In this document: positions 10,069 to 20,663 of the stretch, piece by piece
How the letters are laid out: each line of letters starts with the position of its first letter
Numbering within the stretch: the stretch's first letter is position 1
The notes under the pieces: generated by a model
The model's input: the letters and a program-made list of their open reading frames with translations, nothing else
The model's database searches: none
Told to the model about the DNA's origin: nothing
Program-made: the position numbers and the translations under genes
Virus record (IMG/VR): IMGVR_UViG_3300002307_000018
Location: 32,001-96,000 of that record
Source of the DNA: a virus
Lineage: Duplodnaviria; Caudoviricetes
Reading direction: 5' to 3' (one strand)
Length of the DNA stretch: 64,000 nt

Positions 10069-11016
10069 ATGAGTGAATATATAAGCACAGATGAATATGT
10101 AGATGTAGCAGACTTAGATACCATCTATCTCTCCTATGACGAGCCCAAAAAGGAAGAATTCTGGGTCAAAATCAAGAACATGATTCCGTGGGCCAAACGT
10201 GTAGATAACGTTGATGGTTCGGATGCCGCGCACAAGGCAGCGGCAGCAATGAGTGAAACTGAGCGTTTCATACTGATTGACGGTGACAACATGCCCTCAT
10301 CAAAGTTCTTTGACATGACGCTGCACTTACACGAGGGCAATAAGAATGCACAGTTTCGCTGGCGTGCGTACAATCACGTGAACGGTCTGTTCTACGGCAA
10401 CGGTGGCATGAGTTGTTGGACACGCACATTCGTCAACAATATGCGTACACACGAGAACACAGATGGCAGTGACACTACCAATATTGAGTTTTGCTTTGAC
10501 CCACAGTACTGGGCAATGCACGACTGCTATTCAACCACATACATCAATCAATCTGCCAAACAGGCATGGCGTGCAGGCTTTCGTGAGGGTGTCAAGATGT
10601 GCACCAGAAATGGAACACCTCCAGCAACTCCACAAGATTTTATGCGTTGGGTTTGGCCATCTAACTTGACAAACCTATCAATATGGCATACAATAGGAAG
10701 AGATGTTGAGAACGGTTTCTGGGCATTACACGGCGCACGTTGCGGTACACACTACTTGATGCTGAACGATAACTGGGATCATACTGATGTGCGTGACTTC
10801 AAGAAGTTAGACCTACTGTGGGAAGATCATAAGAATGACACTGATGCGTACTCGCAAAAAATCGCCACAGAACTCAATCGACATCTTGGAACAAACATAG
10901 TAGAGTTCGATAGTAAACAAAGCAAATTCTTCAAAGACTATATCAGTAAGAATTGGAAGAACACGGGGCCAATGATACGAGAAACATATGGCCCACCACA
11001 ACAGGTGACTTGGTAA
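10069..11016 (+). CDS. Glycosyltransferase-like protein (GT-A)
   Basis: YLSYDEP...RVDNVDGSDAAHKAAA...FILIDGDN (DxD)...AWRAGFREGVKM; homologous to the C-terminal domain of 26367..28985. Confidence 0.65.
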   Translation: MSEYISTDEYVDVADLDTIYLSYDEPKKEEFWVKIKNMIPWAKRVDNVDGSDAAHKAAAAMSETERFILIDGDNMPSSKFFDMTLHLHEGNKNAQFRWRAYNHVNGLFYGNGGMSCWTRTFVNNMRTHENTDGSDTTNIEFCFDPQYWAMHDCYSTTYINQSAKQAWRAGFREGVKMCTRNGTPPATPQDFMRWVWPSNLTNLSIWHTIGRDVENGFWALHGARCGTHYLMLNDNWDHTDVRDFKKLDLLWEDHKNDTDAYSQKIATELNRHLGTNIVEFDSKQSKFFKDYISKNWKNTGPMIRETYGPPQQVTW

Positions 11017-12302
11017 TGATAGATAAAAATAACAAAAGCTTTTGTGCTGTACCATTTGTAAGCACAATGATTAACTCCGATACAACGGTAAGATACTGCT
11101 GTATGGTCAAGGGCGCACACAATAAGATCAAGAAGCCTGACGGCACATTCTACACTTGCAAAGATGACTTTATCAAAGAAGCTTGGAACTCGCAAGACAT
11201 GAAAGACATCAGATTGGCAATGATCGATGGTAAAAAGATCGAAGGTTGTAGTGTGTGCTATGAGCAAGAAGCGAACGGTCGCACAAGCAACAGACAGCAC
11301 TCAATACAAGAGTGGTCGTGGCGTCTTGGCAATGAAGGTCTAAACAAGTTAGTAGCAGAAGCAGTTGATAACAACGGTCACGTAGAAAGTGAACCAGTAT
11401 ACTTAGACTTACGCTTGGGCAACTTGTGCAATCTTAAATGTCGCATGTGCAACCCGTGGAATTCGAGTCAGATTGTCAAAGAGCACGAAAGCTTAGCACA
11501 AAACCCAGAGTACAGCGAAGTATGGCGCAAGACATTTGGTAAGTTCCCTATCACAGTTATGGATGATCAGCAATGGTTTGATCATGATATCATGTGGGAT
11601 CAAGTGATCTCGCTGATACCCAAACTCAAAAAGGTATACATGACAGGCGGCGAACCCACGCTGATCAAGAACAACTTTAAGTTTATGCAAGCGTGTATTG
11701 ATCAGGGGCGCACTGACATTGTTATGTTCTTTAATACCAACTGTACCAACATCAACAAACAATTCTTGAACTTGATTTCACAATTCAAGCAAGTCAACAT
11801 CAATGCATCAATGGATGGTATTGGTATTATCAATGAATATATTCGTGCACCAAGTGATTGGAAGCTGATATCAGAGAACATTGAAAAGCTGGCACAAATG
11901 CCAAATGTCAATCTTGGTGTGACACCTACCATTCAAGTGTACAACGTGTTTGACATTGTGAACATGTTAGAGTGGGTAGATGCACTGAACACTAAGTACA
12001 ACAAGAAAATCTTTGTTGACTTCTTGGTCAATCATCATCCGCATCATCTAGCTGTTAGAATCTTAGACGATGAGTTGCGTAAGACTGCACTAGACATGAT
12101 CATGAACTATAAAGATGAAAGCAAGCATACTCATGACACTAGAAATTCGCTCAAAGGTATCATTGGTCTGCTACAGCAGTCACGAGTCAATGATTGGGCA
12201 GAGCAACTCAACAGATTCAAAGTGTATACCAATGCACTAGATGCGGAACGTGGCCAGTCTATTGCTGATATTGATTCACGACTGGCGGCACTATGTCACT
12301 AA
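11016..12302 (+). CDS. Radical SAM protein with N-terminal twitch/SPASM-like Cys cluster
   Basis: CAVPF...YCC, CSVCYEQE, LGNLCNLKCRMC, MTGGEP, NTN. Start reassigned to the TAATG overlap at 11016. Confidence 0.9.
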   Translation: MIDKNNKSFCAVPFVSTMINSDTTVRYCCMVKGAHNKIKKPDGTFYTCKDDFIKEAWNSQDMKDIRLAMIDGKKIEGCSVCYEQEANGRTSNRQHSIQEWSWRLGNEGLNKLVAEAVDNNGHVESEPVYLDLRLGNLCNLKCRMCNPWNSSQIVKEHESLAQNPEYSEVWRKTFGKFPITVMDDQQWFDHDIMWDQVISLIPKLKKVYMTGGEPTLIKNNFKFMQACIDQGRTDIVMFFNTNCTNINKQFLNLISQFKQVNINASMDGIGIINEYIRAPSDWKLISENIEKLAQMPNVNLGVTPTIQVYNVFDIVNMLEWVDALNTKYNKKIFVDFLVNHHPHHLAVRILDDELRKTALDMIMNYKDESKHTHDTRNSLKGIIGLLQQSRVNDWAEQLNRFKVYTNALDAERGQSIADIDSRLAALCH

Positions 12303-13561
12303 ATGACAAGAAGAACTTTTGCATACAGCCATTCATTCATCTTGCAAGTTGGAATGATGGAGCAGTTCCGCTATGCTGTATTGCAAGTCCAGAGCAGGGT
12401 CTGAATCTTAACAAACAAACACCTGTTGAAATATGGAACAGTGAGCAATTCAGAGCAGCTAGATTGAAATTCATTGCAGGAGAGAAATTACCGCAGTGTG
12501 CTAGCTGTTGGAAAGAAGAAGCTAGTGGCATCAAGTCACATAGAATCATTGAGAATTACATGTGGTCTAAGAAGCTGGGAGAAGAATTCTTAGAAGACTT
12601 AATTGCCAAGACTCACAGTGATGGCGCAGTAGATCATAACCCACTTACTCTTGATCTAAGACTAAGCAACGTATGCAATTTACAATGTGTAATGTGTCGC
12701 CCACGCGACTCAAGTAAATGGTTAGCTGACAGTAAGAAGCTTGGTGCTATACTAGAATCACCCAACGCTAAGTCAGACTGGCAGCACAAGTCCATATCTA
12801 TTCAGAATACCAATGTGTTTGATTGGTTCGAGCAACTGCGTACACAAGAAGCACTAGACGAGTTCATTGGTGATATCAGACACATTATCTTTGGTGGTGG
12901 TGAACCATTGCTGATCAAAGATCACGATAGATTCATTCGTCGTTTAGTAGAAACTGGTAACTCTAAGCATATCTCATTACGCTATCATACCAATGCCACA
13001 CAACTCAATGAAGAAATTCTAGAGCTATGGTCGCACTTTGAACAGGTTGAGCTATTACTATCTATCGACGATTGGGGCACACGTAATGAATACATACGCT
13101 ATCCGGCCAAGTGGGACATTATTAAACAGAATCTAGACAGACTAGACAACACACCAGACAACATTGTAGTCAATATTCTTGCATCAGTACATGCAATGAA
13201 CATATACACACTACCCGATTTTGCAATGATGATACTAAACAGCGATTGGAAAAAGATATGCGCTCGTACAGGTAAGATGATTAACGTTGGTACAGTACAC
13301 TGGCCACGTTATATGAGCACCAAGATACTACCTAAGCACGTTAAACGCAAGATCGCAGAACACTGGGCATCATTTACCCAACTCAACGAGAACAAACACT
13401 GGCGTGATAGAATCATTCCGCAAATTGAGTTTATGTTAAGTGGAGATGACAGTGTTTTATTTCCCGATTTACTAGACTATATCGAGAAGTTGGATTCTAT
13501 TAGACCAATTAAGTTCACTACTGTATACGCAGAATATTATAATATTCTAAAGAGCACATAA
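12293..13561 (+). CDS. Radical SAM protein with N-terminal twitch/SPASM-like Cys cluster
   Basis: CIQPF...LCC, CASCWKEE, SNVCNLQCVMC, GGGEP, HTN. Confidence 0.9.
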   Translation: MSLNDKKNFCIQPFIHLASWNDGAVPLCCIASPEQGLNLNKQTPVEIWNSEQFRAARLKFIAGEKLPQCASCWKEEASGIKSHRIIENYMWSKKLGEEFLEDLIAKTHSDGAVDHNPLTLDLRLSNVCNLQCVMCRPRDSSKWLADSKKLGAILESPNAKSDWQHKSISIQNTNVFDWFEQLRTQEALDEFIGDIRHIIFGGGEPLLIKDHDRFIRRLVETGNSKHISLRYHTNATQLNEEILELWSHFEQVELLLSIDDWGTRNEYIRYPAKWDIIKQNLDRLDNTPDNIVVNILASVHAMNIYTLPDFAMMILNSDWKKICARTGKMINVGTVHWPRYMSTKILPKHVKRKIAEHWASFTQLNENKHWRDRIIPQIEFMLSGDDSVLFPDLLDYIEKLDSIRPIKFTTVYAEYYNILKST

Positions 13562-14586
13562 TGGATTTAATAAAACAAAACAAATTCATTGAGGTAGTGG
13601 TCGAGAATGATACCAAAGAAACAATGACTCTAATCTATAGACTATATGATCTAGACATTGTTGATCGTTGGACTGCACTGATCGACAAGAACAATGCAAT
13701 GAAGCACACACTACGCTACAACTATAGAAGAATATTGAGCGATGGTGATATTCTTGATAGATTCATTGAGTTTAAAGACAACATTGATTATATTAACAGT
13801 CACTATGACAGAGTGTTAGCTGATATTGTTAGCATTGATCACTTGTTGAATAATCAAACTATACTAAATGATCTACACGAAGAATACGAAATATACGGTG
13901 ATCGATTGGATAGATTGATCAAGATCAGATACTTTAATAATCCCAAAGCTCATCCAGATTTTTACGCAGAGCCATGGCCTGGTGATCGTAATGAGAATGA
14001 CAAAGTATTACACGAAGCGTTCTTACTATTGAACGAACAAATACATAACTTTGAAGCCTTATTCAAGAACTGGGACAATCGCTTAAAGACACTGTGTACT
14101 TGCTTGACAGATTTTGTACCAGCAGGTCTGCATGAAGATTTAAAGCCAGAAGATTACTTTTTATTTACATGTGATCATGAATGGGGCACAATGTGCTTGG
14201 GATATAATACCTTAGGCAAACACTGGTCATCAGTGTATCGTGACAACGACATTGATGTAGTCAAGCGTGGGGCAGTTAGACCACAGCATAGATTTGCAGC
14301 AGAGTTTTATATGATCTTTGGAATTCGTCAAAGTGCCACCAATACTAGAATGCAATTGTACAAGTGGTGGATGGATAATAATATCAGCGAGTACTGTGAT
14401 CCTAGTATGAAATTAGAAGACTTTGCATTAGGATTCATTCCAGTAGCCAAACTATATAGCTATACAATTAAAAATGTCACTACAAAGATATCATTAGACA
14501 TGACAAGAGAAGAAAAGCAAGCTTGGAATCAAAATATGTGGAGTAAATTTAGCACTGTTATTAGCGTGAGAACAATAGAAAAATGA
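13561..14586 (+). CDS. Hypothetical protein, 341 aa
   Basis: ORF track, translationally coupled; LGYNTLGKHW motif; no family recognised. Confidence 0.7.
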   Translation: MDLIKQNKFIEVVVENDTKETMTLIYRLYDLDIVDRWTALIDKNNAMKHTLRYNYRRILSDGDILDRFIEFKDNIDYINSHYDRVLADIVSIDHLLNNQTILNDLHEEYEIYGDRLDRLIKIRYFNNPKAHPDFYAEPWPGDRNENDKVLHEAFLLLNEQIHNFEALFKNWDNRLKTLCTCLTDFVPAGLHEDLKPEDYFLFTCDHEWGTMCLGYNTLGKHWSSVYRDNDIDVVKRGAVRPQHRFAAEFYMIFGIRQSATNTRMQLYKWWMDNNISEYCDPSMKLEDFALGFIPVAKLYSYTIKNVTTKISLDMTREEKQAWNQNMWSKFSTVISVRTIEK

Positions 14587-15536
14587 AAAAGATTATTAAA
14601 GTACAACAACGACCAACTGCACCATTGAATCTAACATGGGTGATTAACAATATCTGTACAAATCAGTGTAGTTATTGTCCACCCGGTTTACACAACGGTC
14701 AAAATCATAACTATGATTGGGAAAATGCACGTAGATTCTTTATTGATTTATTCAAGCGTTATTCTAAGATACACTGTAGCGTAGCTGGTGGTGAGCCATC
14801 ACTTAGTCCGTTCTTTCGTGAGATCGTAGAGATATTCAAAGACAATAACAGTACCATTGGTATTACCTCTAACGCAGCTAAGCCTGTTAGTTACTGGTCT
14901 GATATCTCTAAGTATCTAAACTATATTTGCTTTAGCTGGCATGCCGAATTTATAGACGAAAAGTTTGAAGAAAAGGTCTTAGCTTCTGCTAACAATTGCC
15001 CTGTCACTGTACGTATCATGATGAATACCAGTCATTGGGAACGCAGTGTAGCAGAGTATAATCGTTGGGTCAATAATCCATTAGTGCTAGTAGAACCAGT
15101 TAGAATATTGAACTGGAACTTTGGCGCACAGAACCCATCTACTTACACTTACAACGAAGAACAACTTGAGTGGTTCAAGAATACAGTACCACCCTCTAGA
15201 TATCTAAAACATTTAGATCATCTTAATATTGTTCATCCTGATGTTGCAAGTGCTGATTTTTACTTTGAAGACAATACAGTAGAATCATTTCCCAATATCG
15301 TTAGCTTAATCAACAACGGACAAACAAACTTTAATGGCTACAAATGTGATGCAGGTATAAAGGCATTGTTCATTGATTGGCGTGGAAAGATATACTTGGC
15401 CAATTGTTTGATTGACGGATTCATTGGTTCAATTAACGAGCCTGATACTATTAAGTGGCCTACTGGACCAATCACATGTAACAAGAACATTTGTCATTGT
15501 GCCAGTGATGTGATTATTAGTAAATGGAAAGAGTAA
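14583..15536 (+). CDS. Radical SAM protein with C-terminal Cys cluster, paralog of 23409..24488
   Basis: NNICTNQCSYC, AGGEP, TSN; C-terminal CDAG...ANC...CNKNICHC. Confidence 0.9.
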   Translation: MKKIIKVQQRPTAPLNLTWVINNICTNQCSYCPPGLHNGQNHNYDWENARRFFIDLFKRYSKIHCSVAGGEPSLSPFFREIVEIFKDNNSTIGITSNAAKPVSYWSDISKYLNYICFSWHAEFIDEKFEEKVLASANNCPVTVRIMMNTSHWERSVAEYNRWVNNPLVLVEPVRILNWNFGAQNPSTYTYNEEQLEWFKNTVPPSRYLKHLDHLNIVHPDVASADFYFEDNTVESFPNIVSLINNGQTNFNGYKCDAGIKALFIDWRGKIYLANCLIDGFIGSINEPDTIKWPTGPITCNKNICHCASDVIISKWKE

Positions 15537-16201
15537 TGCATCAATTTCCACAAGAGATCATTGATTTTCGTGACATGAACGCACAGTGTACATCACCTGT
15601 GCATGTTACCTTTCGTGCAAGCAAAGATGATCCTGAGTGTTGCTATTATCCAATAAAATTTGATTTCGATACTGAGTTACTGTTAAAAGAATGTCAAGCA
15701 GCAGATGATCTATATGTTGATCACAGAGCTAACGACAAGAAAGGAAGCTATGGTCACAGTGGTTGGAAATCATTAACGCTGCATGGGCTTGACAAGCACA
15801 AGACTGAGCATTATGTACAGTACGGATTTAACACACTAGAAGAGGCTAACTATCATTGGACTGATGCTTGTGATCGTCTGCCCAATCTAACACTGTTCTT
15901 GAAATCACTTCCATTCAAACTATTTGATCGTGTACGCATTATGCGATTAGAGGCAGGAGGTTACATAATGCCGCACTCGGATAATAAATTTGAACGTGCG
16001 TTTTCACCCTTAAATATTGCTATCAACAATCCTACAGGCTGTGCATTTATTATGAAAAATGGTGGAGAAGTACCATTTGTAGCAGGCACAGGAATGATCT
16101 TAGATGTTGGTCGTGAGCACATTGTAGTGAATGATAGCAATACAGTTAGATATCACATTATTGCTCACGGCCATCATGCACCTGAATTTTATAAACTATG
16201 A
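15536..16201 (+). CDS. 2OG-Fe(II) oxygenase, aspartyl/asparaginyl beta-hydroxylase-like
   Basis: RVRIMRLEAGGYIMPHSD (HxD), LDVGREHIVVN (distal His), RYHII. Start at the TAATG overlap. Confidence 0.8.
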   Translation: MHQFPQEIIDFRDMNAQCTSPVHVTFRASKDDPECCYYPIKFDFDTELLLKECQAADDLYVDHRANDKKGSYGHSGWKSLTLHGLDKHKTEHYVQYGFNTLEEANYHWTDACDRLPNLTLFLKSLPFKLFDRVRIMRLEAGGYIMPHSDNKFERAFSPLNIAINNPTGCAFIMKNGGEVPFVAGTGMILDVGREHIVVNDSNTVRYHIIAHGHHAPEFYKL

Positions 16202-17562
16202 CCAAAGTATACTTAAATCATAATATGTTTGCCAATAAGCGTGTAGTATTTGCAATTGTAGATCAAATGCAAGTACGATCACGTCACAAGCCATTGTTTG
16301 ATAAGATGTATGATCTAACTTTATTCTATACTACACGACTGGCATACACTATTAACAGCCCAGTAGTATATTATGACACTGTTGACATGGCATTAGAAGC
16401 ACTGCAAGACTATGACATTGTAATACTTCAAAGCGTGGGCAACATGATTCAAGAAAATGAATACTTGGAATACGTAGATGAATACATCAATAATAATCCA
16501 GATTTCTTCTATGTAGGTTTCACACTAGACTGGCAGGGTACTGACTGGGTTGAACTGCATCATCAAATGATTGTATTCAATGAACAACGTTGGATAGAAT
16601 TGGGCAAACCTATTTACGGTGATTGGGAACGTACTACTGAAGAGTTGCCTAATTACAGTCGTAGTGAGGAAAACTTTCACGATCATTATACACCATTATG
16701 GATCAAGGGCGAACCAGGCACTACAATGCAGCAACGTACCAAGCAAGGCTGGGGCATGATCAAGTGTGCTCTTAAGAATGGCATCAAGATCGATAACTTT
16801 ACGCAGCAAATGCGTGACTGTAGATTGTTCTTGTACCCAGAGTCAGACAGTACCAAGTTCTTTGAGTGTATTGTCAATCGTGCGATCACTGATGGTAATA
16901 TCAATCCTAATCAAAAACGTTTTATACGTACGTTTCAATTTAGAGAACAAGTATGGATTTATAATAGCGAATCATATCAGTTTCCAAAGTCAGTGTCAAA
17001 GAACATTGACACGTATATGGGACCAGCAGCAGGGTTCAAATACTTAGACGTACTCAAGTACAGCGAAAATGTAAACTATGTACTGTATGACTTTATGCCC
17101 ATATCAATAGCATGGATCAAAATGCTGCGTGAAGAATGGGACGGGCGTAATTATCCTGCATTCTTAGAGTCTAAGGCTTCAGAATGGCATCAGTATTACA
17201 AGTATATCTCGGGTGATATTGACTTGAATCAAAGATTGCTATTTGATGAGTTTGAGAACGAAGATACTTTTGCTGCATTATGGCAACGATTCAAGAACAG
17301 TCAAGTAGAGTTTGTACAGTGTGATCTATTTGATTTAGATACAGTTATGGATCTAAGTAAAAAGATTGCGGGTAATACACTGTTTTATTATAGCAATATT
17401 TTTGCAACTGACTTTCAAATCAAACGTAAGTCACTGGCAGAGATTACTACTAGCTATAACAATATTATTGATATTTTTAATCAACCTGATGTTGTATTAT
17501 ATGGCACCAATCCAGTAGGAGAATGGGTTATACACAAGGAGAATACCCTATGTTTAAGTTAA
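16198..17562 (+). CDS. Hypothetical protein, 454 aa, probably two domains
   Basis: ORF track; no family confidently recognised. Confidence 0.7.
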   Translation: MTKVYLNHNMFANKRVVFAIVDQMQVRSRHKPLFDKMYDLTLFYTTRLAYTINSPVVYYDTVDMALEALQDYDIVILQSVGNMIQENEYLEYVDEYINNNPDFFYVGFTLDWQGTDWVELHHQMIVFNEQRWIELGKPIYGDWERTTEELPNYSRSEENFHDHYTPLWIKGEPGTTMQQRTKQGWGMIKCALKNGIKIDNFTQQMRDCRLFLYPESDSTKFFECIVNRAITDGNINPNQKRFIRTFQFREQVWIYNSESYQFPKSVSKNIDTYMGPAAGFKYLDVLKYSENVNYVLYDFMPISIAWIKMLREEWDGRNYPAFLESKASEWHQYYKYISGDIDLNQRLLFDEFENEDTFAALWQRFKNSQVEFVQCDLFDLDTVMDLSKKIAGNTLFYYSNIFATDFQIKRKSLAEITTSYNNIIDIFNQPDVVLYGTNPVGEWVIHKENTLCLS

Positions 17563-17783
17563 AAGAAAGAATACCACGCAGCATACTCAAGGTTATTACA
17601 TGGCGCATTGCGGTAACTATTACTAACTTCTTTGGTGGTTGGATCGCTAGTGGTAACCCTTGGGTTGGTCTTGGAGTAGTAGGTTTCGCACTAGTAGTCA
17701 ACAGCATACTATACTTCTTTCATGAACGTATCTGGAATGCTAGCAATTATGGTCGCATTGTAGAGGAAAAATCAGACGCATGA
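17550..17783 (+). CDS. Small membrane protein, DUF2061-like
   Basis: RSILKVITWRI...LYFFHERIW; AAGGAG SD before the ATG at 17550. Confidence 0.75.
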   Translation: MFKLKERIPRSILKVITWRIAVTITNFFGGWIASGNPWVGLGVVGFALVVNSILYFFHERIWNASNYGRIVEEKSDA

Positions 17784-18484
17784 AGATACTAGTATGTGGG
17801 ACATCAGTGATGATGACTAATATATTATATCCCAATGGATCAAAATCTTGGGTACATTATTTACAACAACGACTGGGCTGCGAAGTTGTCAATATTTCAC
17901 GTGCTGGATGTGGTAATCAATATATACACGATGCAGTATTGGCTGAAGTTACTGAGCGTGATTATGATTTAGTACTGGTAAGTTGGAATCTGTCAGACAA
18001 AGTAGAGTTCAGAACTTGTCACAATGTAAAGCTTGAAGACTGGGAAATGTTTGGCGGTAACACTCACGAAGAGCATATGCAACGTGACTGGATATGGTCA
18101 CATACAACAGACGAAGCAATGACATTTCCTGGTGCAGCCGCAGCAAAGAATGATCTATTTAAGAATAGATTCAAATTGCTTCCTGATTATGAAATTCATC
18201 ATCAAACTATGCTAACTCAGGTAATATCATTACAGTCTGCTCTTAAGCAGTACAATGTACCCTATATGTTTACGTTTTATAGAAAGTTATTTAAAATTGC
18301 TAAGTTTAATAAGTATTATGACCGTCTAGACTTTAATAATATCTATACAAACAGTTTATATAGATTTTCCAAGAATACCAATACTTGGGATGCGGCATCT
18401 AAACATCCTACGAATCGTGCTTATGCAGCATATGCAGAACTAGTATATGAGTTTCTTAATACAAAGAATCTAATAACGCTCTAG
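17780..18484 (+). CDS. SGNH/GDSL-like hydrolase
   Basis: LVCGTSV, VNISRAGCGNQYI, C-terminal DAASKHP. Confidence 0.65.
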   Translation: MKILVCGTSVMMTNILYPNGSKSWVHYLQQRLGCEVVNISRAGCGNQYIHDAVLAEVTERDYDLVLVSWNLSDKVEFRTCHNVKLEDWEMFGGNTHEEHMQRDWIWSHTTDEAMTFPGAAAAKNDLFKNRFKLLPDYEIHHQTMLTQVISLQSALKQYNVPYMFTFYRKLFKIAKFNKYYDRLDFNNIYTNSLYRFSKNTNTWDAASKHPTNRAYAAYAELVYEFLNTKNLITL

Positions 18485-19535
18485 AGATTTTACCACCGCT
18501 AGTCAGTGATATAGTATCAACCTGCTCTAGCACTGCTGGCCTACAATGCTTACCTAGACTGATCAAAAATCGTTTAATGGCATCTTTGTCACAGTCACCC
18601 ACGTACAAACACTTAACACTATATGATCCAAACACTACCACTTGTTCTAAATTAGGTATGGCTTCTAATAGCTGACGCTCAATACTAACAGGATTCAACT
18701 TAGACCCTTTGACATTGATTTGATCACGACTGCGACCTAATATCTTGTAGTAGCCCAGTTCATCTACTTCAGCCAAGTCACCTGTATCATACCAATCATT
18801 GTACGCAACGTTAAAGCCCTTGATATACAAGTGATTGTTTTCAATCTTAGCCTCGATACCATCAGGTAAACCTACTGTGCCCATACGTTGCGGACCCTCT
18901 AGTGGGTTAGTAAAGCAATGACTCATAGCTTCGGTCATACCAAATGCTTCAATAATTGGTATCTTGAACTTAGTCTGTAGTGCAGTATACAAATCATTTG
19001 ACATTGGAGCACTGGCGCCACGTATGAAACGTAGATTATCAAGCTCAAGCTTAGCAACAACGTTTAGTACATCTGGTATAGCAGTGATAAATGTAGGATT
19101 GGTACTGGGAAAGGTATTGATTTCTTTCATTGTAATATACTTGACTTCACAACCAGCTAACTGTGTAGCCCAGTAGAAACCTTGACCATGTGCGTGCCAT
19201 AAGCTCATAATGCTAGTATAACGATCATTGGCAGTTAGCTTGTATGATCGCATAATAGTAGCAGCCATATTGTTTAACTGTGCTTGTGTGAATGAGCAGA
19301 ACTTACTATCGCCTGTAGTACCACTGGTATACCATAGTACACGCTCGTTGGGATAATCACTGCCATCACGATGCTTTTCTTCATCGCTAGTGATAAGCAA
19401 GCTCCAATCAGAATTCTCTAGTAGATAACGATTACGCGCCTCAGGCGCAGAAGGATTGATAATCATGATTGAATAATCATTTAATTGTGGAATATAGTCT
19501 TGCGGATTATTCACGCATAATATGGCTCTTTTCAT
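18456..19535 (-). CDS. AMP-binding (ANL superfamily) acyl-CoA synthetase-like enzyme
   Basis: YTSGTTGDSK, EAFGMTE, YDTGDL, GRSRDQINVKG, GGKISR. Start moved to 19535, 5 nt after TAAATA on the minus strand. Confidence 0.85.
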   Translation of the reverse strand: MKRAILCVNNPQDYIPQLNDYSIMIINPSAPEARNRYLLENSDWSLLITSDEEKHRDGSDYPNERVLWYTSGTTGDSKFCSFTQAQLNNMAATIMRSYKLTANDRYTSIMSLWHAHGQGFYWATQLAGCEVKYITMKEINTFPSTNPTFITAIPDVLNVVAKLELDNLRFIRGASAPMSNDLYTALQTKFKIPIIEAFGMTEAMSHCFTNPLEGPQRMGTVGLPDGIEAKIENNHLYIKGFNVAYNDWYDTGDLAEVDELGYYKILGRSRDQINVKGSKLNPVSIERQLLEAIPNLEQVVVFGSYSVKCLYVGDCDKDAIKRFLISLGKHCRPAVLEQVDTISLTSGGKISRALLDSLY

Positions 19536-19540
19536 AATGT

Positions 19541-19572
19541 TATTTATTGAATCGATCATGACCCTATAAATA
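19541..19572. promoter_or_regulatory. Back-to-back late promoters (minus TAAATA 19541-19546; plus TATAAATA 19565-19572)
   Basis: Each motif is exactly 5 nt from its ATG (19535 minus, 19578 plus). Confidence 0.65.
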
Positions 19573-19577
19573 TTAGT

Positions 19578-20663
19578 ATGTCATTCTGCAAATTTCTCAC
19601 TAATACCTATCACTTTACCTATGACGTGGTCAAACCATGCTGTTGGATTAGTGACACTAGCGTTAGTATACTAAATCATAAGATGATTAAATCAGATTTT
19701 AAATGGTTAAATCAAATTGATACTTGGATTCCTGAATGTAGTTATTGCTTTAAGTTAGAAGCAAATGGGACCGATTCTCCTAGAACAATGTCGCTGCGTG
19801 AGGATATTTTTAATCAGCCACATGAACTAGGTGACAGTATCAAGATTGAGCTACAGTTAGATGAAGACTGTAACGCTGCTTGTATTATGTGTAGCGACTT
19901 TAACAGTACTACTTGGAAGAAGTATAACGAGAACACTGTTAAAATAATACCAATTAAGATTCATCATAAGACTACAGTAGAAGAACGTATTGCTGCGGTA
20001 GAAGCAATCATTGACTTTGATACTGTCAGACAAATACATTTCTTTGGTGGTGAACCATTTAACACTGATACACATCTTAGAATCATAAGACAAATCAAAC
20101 ACCCAGAGCGTACAAACTTAGTGTATGTATCCAATTGCAGTGTGTTCCCGTGTGAAGAAACATTAGAATTATGGTCTCGCTTTAAGAATGTTAAGTTGAC
20201 CGTATCTATAGACGGTATCGGTGAGCATTTCAACTACTTACGCTGGCCATTGCAATGGAGTCAAGTTGAAAAGAACTTGACGAAATATAAAGCATTGCTA
20301 TCAGATAAGTTTGATTTTAACAATAGCTTTACCGGAAGCCCACTTAACTTATACTACATTGATCAGTATACACAATGGTCAACCGAATTCTTCAAAGACA
20401 CTAAGATAACTGGTTCAACATGGTTTTTAAATCCACATCCAGTGATTGGCGTCATGAACTTAGAGTCAGTGCCCTCTGGTCTTGCTCATGCACTATCTGA
20501 CAAGTACGGAACTGACAGTAGAATCTACAAGATAATCAATAAGTTTGATTTAATTAAGTATAAAAAATTCATTGAGTATATTGAATTTCATGATCAGCAT
20601 AGAAAGCTAAACTTCAGAGTAACTTTTCCAGAAGTGGCCCAACACTTTACACACGTGACATGA
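19578..20663 (+). CDS. Radical SAM protein with N-terminal Cys cluster (divergent twitch type)
   Basis: MSFC...KPCCW, CSYCFKLE, DCNAACIMC, FFGGEP, VSN. Confidence 0.85.
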   Translation: MSFCKFLTNTYHFTYDVVKPCCWISDTSVSILNHKMIKSDFKWLNQIDTWIPECSYCFKLEANGTDSPRTMSLREDIFNQPHELGDSIKIELQLDEDCNAACIMCSDFNSTTWKKYNENTVKIIPIKIHHKTTVEERIAAVEAIIDFDTVRQIHFFGGEPFNTDTHLRIIRQIKHPERTNLVYVSNCSVFPCEETLELWSRFKNVKLTVSIDGIGEHFNYLRWPLQWSQVEKNLTKYKALLSDKFDFNNSFTGSPLNLYYIDQYTQWSTEFFKDTKITGSTWFLNPHPVIGVMNLESVPSGLAHALSDKYGTDSRIYKIINKFDLIKYKKFIEYIEFHDQHRKLNFRVTFPEVAQHFTHVT